64,000 bases of DNA, from the NCBI GenBank assembly GCA_048938105.1, contig JBHLMN010000003.1, positions 256,001 to 320,000 on the forward strand, written 5' to 3'. Source of the stretch: Promethearchaeota archaeon (GTDB taxonomy: Archaea; Asgardarchaeota; Heimdallarchaeia; Hodarchaeales; Hodarchaeaceae). The first letter of the stretch is position 1, and each line of letters starts with the position of its first letter. The notes under the pieces are model-generated. The model did no database searches, was not told the DNA's origin, and worked only from the letters and a program-made list of their open reading frames with translations. Both the position numbers and the translations under genes were made by a program. This document shows positions 39,414-49,782 of this stretch, piece after piece.

Positions 39414-40160
39414 GTGGTGATACAGATGGCAGAGGAAATTACTATAAGATTGGAGGATGTCTGGAAGACATACATCATAGGAACTGAGGAAGTCAATGCG
39501 TTACAGGGTGTTTCATTAGATATTCCCCAAGGTGAATTTCACGTAATTATGGGGCCTTCTGGATCAGGGAAAACTACGTTTCTAAACATGGTTGGAGCGT
39601 TAGATGTTCCCTCAAAAGGAGAAGTTTATTTTGAGAATGTTCCACTTTCGAGTTTAAATAAAAAACAATTAGCATCATTACGATCGTATAAAATTGGTTT
39701 TATTTTCCAAACTTTTAATCTTGTACCAGTCATAACTGCTCTTGAAAATGTTCAACTACCATTAATATTTCAGAAATATCCGAGAGAGGAAAGAAGAAAA
39801 AGAGCAGAAGAAATACTCAAACGAGTCGGCTTGGGTGATCGAATGCAACATACACCAGATGAACTTTCTGGTGGACAACAACAACGTGTGGCAATAGCAC
39901 GAGCTTTAGCGGGAGAGCCAAGCCTTATCCTCGCTGATGAACCTACAGGTAATTTGGACCTATCGACTGGTTTTCACATTGTAGAATTGTTGAGAGAATT
40001 AAGTCAAGAAACTGGTATCACTGTAATTAATAGTACACACGACTTAAAGCTTATCGATATCGCTGATAGAATTTCTTGGTTAAGAGATGGGGAAATTACT
40101 CGAACTCAAAAACGATTAGATGTCTTTATCACTGAAGACGATGTACATATACCCCAATAA
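39414..40160 (+). CDS. ABC ATP-binding protein, LolD/MacB-type (second copy)
   Basis: [47 protein letters not shown]. Confidence 0.93.
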   Translation: MVIQMAEEITIRLEDVWKTYIIGTEEVNALQGVSLDIPQGEFHVIMGPSGSGKTTFLNMVGALDVPSKGEVYFENVPLSSLNKKQLASLRSYKIGFIFQTFNLVPVITALENVQLPLIFQKYPREERRKRAEEILKRVGLGDRMQHTPDELSGGQQQRVAIARALAGEPSLILADEPTGNLDLSTGFHIVELLRELSQETGITVINSTHDLKLIDIADRISWLRDGEITRTQKRLDVFITEDDVHIPQ

Positions 40161-40269
40161 TTACAAAGATAAGAAATTTATGTATTAATGATCTGAAAAA
40201 CAGAAAAATTAAAAAAACTAGATTATTAAGAAAGAGTTAATCGCTGCTGATACTAGTGAGGTTAAAAAA

Positions 40270-40449
40270 ATGGAAATAACAGATATTCTAGCTGCTATTT
40301 TTGTTGTTCTTGCATTAGTTATAGCAATATTCAGTACTAACATACGAAACGCGCTTAATAATGATTTACTTCTATTCATCATCGAAGCGGGCCTATTAAT
40401 AGGAGTCATTGCGCTTGCTGTTATTGGTCAGACAATTTCAAGAAGCTAG
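40270..40449 (+). CDS. 59-aa two-TM membrane microprotein (missed by the ORF track)
   Basis: GTGAGGT SD, ATG 40270, MEITDILAAIFVVLALVIAIFSTNIRNALNNDLLLFIIEAGLLIGVIALAVIGQTISRS, TAG 40447-40449. Confidence 0.7.
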   Translation: MEITDILAAIFVVLALVIAIFSTNIRNALNNDLLLFIIEAGLLIGVIALAVIGQTISRS

Positions 40450-40456
40450 ATGAAGA

Positions 40457-42853
40457 TTATTCAATCTTAATTACTCTTAATTCTCCACTCTTTAACTTAA
40501 TTTTCACCTCTTTGTACTTCAGGCTTTTAACGTTTATAATGGTTAAAATTTTGTTATTTTCAAAAGAAATTATTTTCATTTCTTTTTTACTGCTTTGAAT
40601 CCTTTGAAATGAAATGTTGCAGGTCACATCTTCTTTTAAAGGATTAAAAACGATGAAATTTTGTTCATCTGGAGGAAAATTCTCCATTTCATCGAAATCG
40701 AACACATCAAGGTTCAAGACCATAATTTCTTTGTTATCACATTTAGCTAATGCCTCAAAGATCAGATACAAGAAAATCACTTCCCCAGCTCCGTATATTT
40801 CTCTTCCCAAAACTCCTGAACATTTTCCTTTTGGAAAAATTTCTTGTGACCTTGAAAAGTGAGGAGGTGTTTCCAACATTTCTAGATCTTCAAATGGAAT
40901 ATACGGACAAGTAGTCGCTCTTCGGGGAGGATAGATGAATTCTGTAGGTAAAACGTCTGAAAAATAATAAAAACTATTGATTCTTATTAAGTTGAAGAAT
41001 TTAAACAACCCCCTGGGTATGAGGTTATTATTACCTGTGTTAATCGCTATTTTCAGAAATGAAAGCCAAGGATAGATCGACTCAAGGTTTTCCTTCATTG
41101 CTGGGTAACGAATACCAACACAGGCCATTATTAAACCTAAAATGCTACGTTTCCCCTTCCAATCAAACGAATTATCTTCATACCAATAAAACATTCGTAG
41201 TTCGTCAAGAATTAGGCATTTAGAAAAGTCTAAATACTTCTTGTTATTGGTTATTCGATACAATTCAGCAAAACCAGCCACCCCATAAGCGAGTTCCAAG
41301 GGCTCCCAGAATAATTCATCTGGGGAAAAACACATGAGTTTATTTGCTACTTTTTTTGCTTCTTGAAGATATTGTTTATCGTTAAAGAAAGAAAACGCCT
41401 CAATCAATATATAGAGATATATCCCTAGGCAAGCATAATTCTTTGCAATCATCTTCCAAGAAATGTCCTTTTCCCCAAGCTTTTTAATTAATAGTTGCTT
41501 CCTCCTCGGATTAGTAGTTAGCACTTTTCCCAAGGGATTGAGTGTATAGGGATCATAGAATGCTGTAATCTCGTAATTATGGTTTTTAACAAATAATTTT
41601 GTAAGATTAACCATTTCTTTAAACACTAGAAGAAATGTGGGACATTTTTCAATCATCGGTAATAAGCGAATTAGCCATCCAAATCGTAAAATAGGTTCAA
41701 ATAGGTACCAGGAGTCCCCAATTGTTAATTCCGCTGGTTTAATGATTTTAAAATCACCAGATTCATCAATTTCGATGTTATTATATAGAATGTTTAATTT
41801 TGGATCAATAAAATTACTTAGAGATTTACATGTCCGTTTTACATGTTCTTCTTGATTTTCATCCTTATGTAATTGCAAATATAGAATCCAAGGAGGTAGA
41901 ATATCAAGTAGAGTCATCGTCTCAAAAAAGTGTTTCTTAGCATGAATCTCCCTACGTTTCAATTCAGCTCTATCCATTACATAAGCATGATATTTTGGCG
42001 ATCTAGGGCCAACCCAACAATAATTCTCCTTCATGAGATCATCTATGCATCTTGAACTGAATTCAGTCCACGTAAGATCGTTTCTAGGATATGGTACACT
42101 CCCAGGGATGAGTCTCATGCATTTAGTAACTAAGGACTCAACTGCTTCCCATTTACTGGGCTTTTTCTGTCTATAACGGAGAGAAAGATAGGAATCAAAA
42201 ACCATTCTAAAATTTTTGGGGATTTGGATAGCAGATTCAAGAGGAATTCTATGAAGAAGCCCAAATGAACCATTTCTTTGGAAACCACACTCATAAATCG
42301 AAAATCTTTCTATATTTTCTGGTGACATCCATTCCATTTGAGAAAAATCAACAAAGAAAAAGGTTTCAACTCCTGATTGAGGATTCCAAATATATGCAGC
42401 AGGCATATCATTCGATTTCCATTCATTAGTAGGAGGAGTATGCCGTGTGGGTTGGTTGATAGATATTATTTCTTTAGAATCCGTAATTTTGGGAATTAAT
42501 GACAATTGGATCTCTGGCCCTCGTTTGATGAATGTTGTATCTTTTTTGGCTATTAAGGTTGTGTGAAAGTGGAACCATGGATAGAGAGCTTCATTTGCAG
42601 ATATGTTGGTAGAAATAGAAAAGCTTTCTGAGAGAGATTTGGAAACCTTAATCTTTGATGAAGATAATTTAATTAATTCAGAAGCATGGAGATCTGTCTG
42701 GTTTTCTAAAGTTAAAAGGGGAATTTCAAGACTTTTTATCCATTTTTTATCTTTCTTAATTGATAATGAAATAATATATGAGTTTTCCACCTTTTTTAAT
42801 GATACTTTTTGATCTCGAACTATCAAATCATATTCGTTGGGTATGTTCATCAT
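40457..42853 (-). CDS. Cytoplasmic uncharacterised protein, putative beta-sandwich + (alpha/alpha)-barrel carbohydrate-active enzyme; paralog of 60123-61994
   Basis: No signal peptide. Shares DSWY, PA-x-KEN, YIP-x-ED and G-x-EIYGAGE with 60123-61994. Six-hairpin-like EAF-x5-KQYLQEA and ELY-x-IT-x3-KYL repeats. Confidence 0.6.
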   Translation of the reverse strand: MMNIPNEYDLIVRDQKVSLKKVENSYIISLSIKKDKKWIKSLEIPLLTLENQTDLHASELIKLSSSKIKVSKSLSESFSISTNISANEALYPWFHFHTTLIAKKDTTFIKRGPEIQLSLIPKITDSKEIISINQPTRHTPPTNEWKSNDMPAAYIWNPQSGVETFFFVDFSQMEWMSPENIERFSIYECGFQRNGSFGLLHRIPLESAIQIPKNFRMVFDSYLSLRYRQKKPSKWEAVESLVTKCMRLIPGSVPYPRNDLTWTEFSSRCIDDLMKENYCWVGPRSPKYHAYVMDRAELKRREIHAKKHFFETMTLLDILPPWILYLQLHKDENQEEHVKRTCKSLSNFIDPKLNILYNNIEIDESGDFKIIKPAELTIGDSWYLFEPILRFGWLIRLLPMIEKCPTFLLVFKEMVNLTKLFVKNHNYEITAFYDPYTLNPLGKVLTTNPRRKQLLIKKLGEKDISWKMIAKNYACLGIYLYILIEAFSFFNDKQYLQEAKKVANKLMCFSPDELFWEPLELAYGVAGFAELYRITNNKKYLDFSKCLILDELRMFYWYEDNSFDWKGKRSILGLIMACVGIRYPAMKENLESIYPWLSFLKIAINTGNNNLIPRGLFKFFNLIRINSFYYFSDVLPTEFIYPPRRATTCPYIPFEDLEMLETPPHFSRSQEIFPKGKCSGVLGREIYGAGEVIFLYLIFEALAKCDNKEIMVLNLDVFDFDEMENFPPDEQNFIVFNPLKEDVTCNISFQRIQSSKKEMKIISFENNKILTIINVKSLKYKEVKIKLKSGELRVIKIE

Positions 42854-43096
42854 AGATCGCCATTAAGCACAATTTAAATCGAAATTCACTGGTTCGTACA
42901 AAAAATTCTTAAAACGGAAATTGTATCGAGATTCCCGAAGTTAGAACAATTTTTTATGACTTGAGCAATTCATTTTCCACGATTATTGAAGTTATTGTAA
43001 TATTAAGTTGAGTCTTCCTGCAAAAAATTTAATAAAACAAACTTTTGAAAAGCACTAACTACTTTTTCTTATACATTAAAAAGTATTATTTGGCTT

Positions 43097-45280
43097 GTGA
43101 TTCGAATGTGTCCAGAAACTGAAGAAAATGAGGAGTTAGACAAGGTACGTTCAGGACTCACGGTTAGATCATTGATAATTAGCTTGAGTATTTTACTTCT
43201 TTGGGGTTTAATGAGTATATTCAGTGCAAATTTTGGTGAAGCACCTGATATTTTTATTGAAGAAATGTCAATCTTATTTCCATTCTTTCTATTAATTTTT
43301 GGACTTCAAGCTCTTGAAAGGATTCGAATCAGAGGATTAAAACTTACTCGACAAGAATTGACTTTTATCTGGGCTATGCTGGTTGTTGGTATCCCTATTA
43401 CTGCGGGTGGATTTCTTGCAGGTAGGTTGTTATTGAATGCAATGTATCCTTTAAGAGGTGAACCCCCACCTCCCACTGATTGGGCTCCTCCTTTTTGGGG
43501 ACCAACTTCATCGACTGAATATTATAGATCGTTTGAAGGGGGAGGATTCCCTGATTACAGTCAATGGTTAATTCCATTACTTTTCTGGGGAATTACTAGT
43601 ATCGCTTGGGCATTTATGTGTCTTTTCTTAATTCAAATTTTTAGAAAACCTTGGGTAGACGTTGAGAGACTTGCATTTCCACTAGCTCAACCAGTTCTGG
43701 AACTATTGGAAGCACCACTAGCTCAACCTGATGAGAAAAGAAAACGTTATGTTTTTCTTGCAATAGGCGCCTTGATTGCAATATTTTGGTCTTCTCTTGA
43801 GTTTCTACGAGTTGTTTACCCAGACTGGGGTGATATTTTCAAAGATGTAGATATATTCGGGATAGTACCAGGCAAAGCATGGAATATAAAGATTGATTTT
43901 GGCGAGGTGTTTGGGTTAAGCGCCTTTTTACCCAATGCATATCTTTTAGCTCGACCTGAGCCAGCGATGGTCGCAGCTTTTCTCCTAGTCTCATTAAATG
44001 TTTTACTTTCTGCATTGGTCTTTTATCTATTATTTTGGGTTTTAATCCCAGTTTTTGAGACTGAAATTGGTTTGATTGCACCTCCAACAGGAGCAGTTGC
44101 ATCTATCCCAGATATTGACCTAGGATTTGCACGAGTCGGGGGAATATCTCTTTTTACATTTGGAGAATTTGGGATGCTTTTTGGAGTGGCTATTTGGGCA
44201 ATTATTTTACAAAGAAGGTATCTATGGCGATCAATTAAAGCAATCTGGGATCCAAGTATAATTGATGAAAGTGGAGAGCCAATACCTTATAGAACTGCTT
44301 GGATTGGTATGATAGTGTGTGCTATAATTTTCTTGGGGAGTTTATTAATAAGTGGTGCACACATAATAGGAGGAATTTATGCAGTAATCTTTCTAATGAT
44401 AGGTTACATAGCAGGCGCTAGACTTAGAGCAGAAACAGCAGGTATGGGCATTGGACACCCTGGATATTTACATCTCCACGCGCAGCATACAATTAGAGTA
44501 ATTATAGGAGTAGATGACGAGGGAAAGCCACTGGACCCGAAAGGATTTTATATTACGGCAATGTGGGTTCAATTCTTCCAAAGAGATTCAGCACCAGCAT
44601 CACCAGCAGTATCCTCATTAGAATCATACAATATTGCTAGAGTAACCAAAACTCGTGCACGAGACATATTTATTAGCCATTCTATTGGTATAATCTCAAT
44701 AATTTTGTTATGTTTAATAGTGTGGCCAATCTTTACTTATTATTATGGGCTTGAAAATGAGTGGTCAGCAGAAGATGTTGCTGGAGCCTACTTTCATTAC
44801 ACTGACCAAGCATATGCCCTAGCTCGGGGTAGTTTTTGGGATCACCAAAGTTATGACATTAATATATGGGGACAAGCAATAATGGGAATGGTTTTTGCTA
44901 TTGGATTGAATATACTTCGATTATCAAGGCCATGGCTGCCTCTAAATCCTGTAGCTGCACCTATACTTTTAAGTCTTAGAGGTGGATATTGGTGGTTTCC
45001 GATATTAATTGCCTATCTTATTAAATATACAACAGTAAGAATCGGTGGAACTAAAGCTTACACTTCATATCTCTTACCTGCGGCTGTAGGGTACCTAATT
45101 GGTACAGCTGGTATATGGGGATATACTCTAGTGGCAATAATGATTCCTGCACTCTTTCCAGGACTGTTATTTGATCCGCTAATTGAATTTATTTACTATT
45201 ATGGCATTATTTTATTAGTTTGGTTCATATCAATAGTCGCAATTATTCTTTTCATAATTCGGGGTATAATCAGAAGATGA
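43097..45280 (+). CDS. Polytopic membrane protein, OPT-superfamily-like (recalled as DUF6785/DUF6784-type)
   Basis: About 15 or more TMs. GLTVRSLII, LTRQEL, RKPWVDVERLAFPLAQ, RLRAETAG, WLPLNP, RIGG. Confidence 0.7.
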   Translation: MIRMCPETEENEELDKVRSGLTVRSLIISLSILLLWGLMSIFSANFGEAPDIFIEEMSILFPFFLLIFGLQALERIRIRGLKLTRQELTFIWAMLVVGIPITAGGFLAGRLLLNAMYPLRGEPPPPTDWAPPFWGPTSSTEYYRSFEGGGFPDYSQWLIPLLFWGITSIAWAFMCLFLIQIFRKPWVDVERLAFPLAQPVLELLEAPLAQPDEKRKRYVFLAIGALIAIFWSSLEFLRVVYPDWGDIFKDVDIFGIVPGKAWNIKIDFGEVFGLSAFLPNAYLLARPEPAMVAAFLLVSLNVLLSALVFYLLFWVLIPVFETEIGLIAPPTGAVASIPDIDLGFARVGGISLFTFGEFGMLFGVAIWAIILQRRYLWRSIKAIWDPSIIDESGEPIPYRTAWIGMIVCAIIFLGSLLISGAHIIGGIYAVIFLMIGYIAGARLRAETAGMGIGHPGYLHLHAQHTIRVIIGVDDEGKPLDPKGFYITAMWVQFFQRDSAPASPAVSSLESYNIARVTKTRARDIFISHSIGIISIILLCLIVWPIFTYYYGLENEWSAEDVAGAYFHYTDQAYALARGSFWDHQSYDINIWGQAIMGMVFAIGLNILRLSRPWLPLNPVAAPILLSLRGGYWWFPILIAYLIKYTTVRIGGTKAYTSYLLPAAVGYLIGTAGIWGYTLVAIMIPALFPGLLFDPLIEFIYYYGIILLVWFISIVAIILFIIRGIIRR

Positions 45281-45298
45281 ATCATAAGGTGTACAGCA

Positions 45299-48200
45299 AT
45301 GAGACAAATTAAGATACTCATCTTTTTTTTTTTCCTTCATTCTAATCTCTACTACTTTATTTACACTGTATAATACTGGAATCACACACCGAATCGACTC
45401 TGAAAATCAAATAGCTAAGCTCACAAGTGTTTCACCATCAAATAGCAACATATTAACAAGTATCAATGATTTTCCAGGATTCAAGCAATTAAGTGAGCAA
45501 ATTAATGAAACATACTTTGATAATATTCTGAGTCATATCCATAATTTTTCTAGTTTTGGGAGCCGTGTTACAGGGTATTCTGGGTATAAGCAATCTATTA
45601 ACTATATTCAGAATTTCTTTATTAGTCAAGGTTTGGTAAACGTATCTACCATTCCATACTCCCTATTAGTTCCGTTAGATCTTGGTACAAAGATAGAAAT
45701 CAATGGACAAAATTATACAGCACATAGTTTCACACCAAATTCTGTTCACGCATGTAAAATTCCCTCTACTGGATTATCTGGGAGCTTAATCTATGGAGGA
45801 TTAGGTTCCTATTCGGAAATGGATCGTAAAATAATAGATGGCTCAATTGTTGTGCTTGAATTTAACTCTCAAGATAATTGGATAAAAGCAGCCAGTTTAG
45901 GAGCAAAAGGAGTCATTTTCTTACCACCAAATAACACTGATCGATTTGAAGCTGAAGTTAAATCCATCGATATTCCCCTCAATTTTCCCCGTATTTATAT
46001 TAATGATACTACGACAGCAAAGATCATCAAACAGATAAGTAAGCAAACAAACCAAATGGCCACCATATATTCCAACATAGAGTGGACTTTAGTTTATGCA
46101 GAGAATGTAATGGGGTTATTACCTGGTTTGGATGATGATATCATAATTATTTCTGCTCATTTTGATTCATCTTCTGTAGTTCCAGCTGTTGCCCCTGGGG
46201 CTGACGAAGCTTGTGGTATTGCTACATTGTTTGAACTTATTCGTATTATGAAAGACAATAACATTGTTCCGCAAAAAACAATCATGTTTTTGGCACTTTC
46301 TGGTCATAATCAAGCAGCAGCAGGAGCAAGGGAATTTGTCTATCAGAATTATAAATTATTGAATGTTGATTCTGGAATTAAACTCTTCATTTCTCTAGAT
46401 CTCTCTGTTACAAATAATAAAATTGGAATAAATCCATATGGTTATTTATACCAGTTTAAATTGCAATATACTACTGTAAATCGGTTGATTGAACGTATTC
46501 AAGATGTAGGTGAGGGCTTTCTACAGAGTTATTCAACAACTATTCAAGAGGAAACAGGATTTTCTTTTGAAGTGAAATCTTACTGCAACAGACAAGAGTT
46601 TAAAGATATCGCTCCAATAACTTTTCTAGGTGATCAAGAGCCATTTGTTGCTTCGAATGTGATAGGACTCTCTCTGTTTACTACGGAATCACATCGATTA
46701 CGATTCAATACTCCCATTGATTTCCCTAAATATACACAATCAGAAAAAGAACATCTAAAATCCCAGGTTATCTACTCTATATGCGCATTATCTAAGTTAG
46801 TTATTGAAGAGGCCCTTGGTGAGAAGCTTGATCTTCAAAATAAAGATTTTTCGTTAAGACATGGCAGTCATGTTGGTTTTGGAATCATTGAAGGTCATTG
46901 TAAAGAATATAATGAAACCATAGCATGGCTTACGAATGTTCCTAATGCACTTATTCGTGTGAGATCGCGTAACCTCAGGGATGATACCTATGGGGAATAT
47001 TCATACATTACGAAAGCTGATGACGAAGGATTTTATCAGGTCAGAGGGGTCTCTTCATCTCAACCTGATTATCCACTACAATTTGTTGTGGAAGCTTTTG
47101 TATTTGATTCTAAAGGCCAATTAATCAAATCAATTAATCTTGGCCCACGAGGGCAGTACTTTAGAAGTGCAAATCGACTCACTAGTCGAACAATAACGAT
47201 CAACCCCACTGTCTTTGATTGCGGTACAGTCACATTTTTTGAAGTTCTTCACCCTTATACCCAAGTGGCTTCAGCTGAATTATTGAACTACCAGATTATA
47301 GATCCAGATACTCGAACCCCTTTCTTTTCATACGGTTATACAGGTTTGAGATCAGTTAGTTTAGTATTTCTCGCACCTAATACCTCATCTGTTATGGTAG
47401 GCCGATTTCCTGATGGTGTCATCGGGATTTATGCAACAAATTCTAGTGTAGACACATTACGAGGAAATGGATACAAAGTCAAAGGAGGCGAAACCAAAAA
47501 TCTTGGAATATCAGCTTATACTACTGCTCGAGATTTCCAATCTATGACAAAAACCTACATAGACTTGTATACATCATATAATATATACGATGCTTTAGCT
47601 GATGATGCTTATTCAAGAGCAAATAGCCTCATAAAAACAGCAAATGACTTGAAAAACAATTTAAAATATTCAGAGTCAATCGTTTTAATCAAAGAAGTAC
47701 AAACATGGTCATATGATGCATTTAAGCAAGCTAGAAAAGTTATTGAAGATGGGACTTCTACTACAATATTTTTTGCTATTCTACTTATCCCATTTGCCTT
47801 TGCTTTATCCTCCTTACTTTTTAATTTTGAAAGTGGTATTAAACGTATTTCGGCTGCTAGTATTATATATGGAATAACCTTTGGTTTTTTCTACCTAATA
47901 CATCCTGGGATGCATCTTTCAAAGAATATAGCAATTATAATTCTAGGAGTGATTGCTTTAATTTTCGTTTTTCCTGCATTGTACATGATATATCAAGAAG
48001 GATATGACTTTTTAAAGAGTCTACGCATTAAATTAGTAGGAGCTCATTTTGTTGACACTTCTCGGACATCCACTATCCTTATTGCTATGAGTACAGGTAT
48101 TTCAAGGATGAAGAAACGAAAAGGAAGAACAATTATTGCTCTTTCAGGTATAGTCCTCATAACCTTCTCATTAACTCTCTTTACATCTGCAAGCACTCAA

Positions 48201-49766
48201 GTAGGCGTCTATTCCAGTGGAATAAACAGAGAAACTCCTTATAATGGAGTTTATTTTAGAACGAAAGATTGGAATTCCCCGCTTTCAAATCAATTACTTG
48301 AAACTCTCGAAGTTCAAAATGGTAATATTTCCATGATTTCTTCGCGATGGTGGCTCTATCCTACTTCAGATGAACCAAATGGATACGTTAATATCGCATC
48401 TACAAAGAGTGACCTTAATTGGCAAGGATCAGCTATATTAGGATTAACCCCTGAAGAACCCAATTTTCAACCCATCATACCAATACTTTCAGCTGGAAGA
48501 TGGTTTAATAATTCAAACAATATGGAATGCATTCTCTTTGACTCCATAAGTGATAAATTGGATGTCTCCATTAATGACACAGTAAGTTGGACTGGGATTG
48601 AGTTCAAGGTTATAGGTATAATTGATGCCAATGAATTTGATAAGCTCAAAGATTTTGATGACGAGGAAATAACACCAAAAAACAATCTTGTACCTTCTCC
48701 TAGTGCTCACTTACGAGCAGATGAAACCTTCATTCTTCCAGCGCAAACTGCTAAGTCATTTGGTGCAGCACTGTATTCAATTTCCATTTTAATAGATCAT
48801 TCAGCAGCTTTAGAACTCGCAGACACGACTTCTACTACTTATGGCCGGTTTCTGGAGATTAGAGTAGGTTACGAAAATGAAGTATCTTTACATAGAAGAA
48901 TAACTCAAAGCCTCGGTCAAGGATTTGTTGAATTAGGAATTCCTTTGGGTATCGCAGTCCTCCTCATGATAAATACTTCAATAAGTACTGTCTATGAATC
49001 AAGGAAAGAAATAAATACGTTTACTTCATTAGGTTTAGCTCCATTCCACATCGCTGGTCTTTTCCTAGCAGAATTTTTAGTCTACGCAATAATTGGTTCT
49101 GTAATCGGATATTTAGGTGGTATTACTTCTGCTGTTGTACTTTCAGCTTTAGGAATATTTCCTGAATCATTAGCAATTAATTACTCCTCTGGATCCGTAG
49201 TAAATGCATTAAGTTTTGGAATTATTGGTATTCTTCTTAGTACGGTATATCCTCTTAGAATTTCTGCGAAAATGTCAGTTCCTTCTGTAAGGAGAGCATG
49301 GGAGCTTACAACATCTCCTGAGGAGAGCGGAGAGAACTGGAATATTCCTCTCCCATTTGTTGCAAGCACAGAACAGGAATCTGAAGGTATCCTTGAGTTT
49401 TTAAGGGAATTCTTTGAAATTTATGAATCTGAAAGCGTTGGCGGGACTTTCTTTGCTCAAAATATCACTTTAAAAGAAACAAACGTTGAAAGAAAAGAAA
49501 AACACCTATCAGCAGTGGTAACCCTTGCTCCATTTGACATGGGATTAAAACAGACTTTTGACTTATTTACGTATCTTGATGAGATCAAATATAGATGGGT
49601 CTTCGAGATTAATCTTAAACGTTTAGAGGGAATATTATCAGCTTGGGAAACATCAGTCAGACGCTTTATCGATAGTATTCGAAAGCAACTACTTATTTGG
49701 AGAAATCTTTCCAAAGATGAGAAGGCATTAAAGGCTGAACAATATAGATCAAAATCAGTAAAATAA
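45299..49766 (+). CDS. PA + M28-peptidase-like/FtsX permease fusion (paralog B); reading frame broken by one extra T in a T11 tract
   Basis: AAGGTG SD and ATG 45299. With T10 in place of T11 (45323-45333) it reads MRQIKILIFFFSFILISTTLFTLY...FGSRVTGY and joins the 45633-49766 ORF (1488 aa), colinear with paralog A. Confidence 0.78.
45323..45333 (+). repeat. T11 homopolymer in the signal-peptide coding region
   Basis: ATC-TTTTTTTTTTT-CCTTC is the site of the apparent frameshift. Confidence 0.85.
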
Positions 49767-49782
49767 TAGTGAGGAAATAGGC

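Noticed and set aside
38066-40160. Calling these genes lolCDE, macB or ftsEX
   Set aside because: Only the family motifs match. There is no LolA/MacA/cell-division context and the permease lacks an ectodomain, so no gene symbols were assigned.
28778-40449. RiPP biosynthetic cluster (PqqD + peptidase + ABC exporter + small ORF)
   Set aside because: No modifying enzyme is present, and the only small ORFs are a TM hairpin and a 4-Cys protein, not precursor-like peptides. The surrounding genes are catabolic glycosidases.
45633-49766. ORF-track start at TTG 45633 as the true start
   Set aside because: It would omit the signal peptide and the GSRVTGY block conserved in paralog A. The upstream ATG 45299 with an SD and a one-base tract correction fits better.
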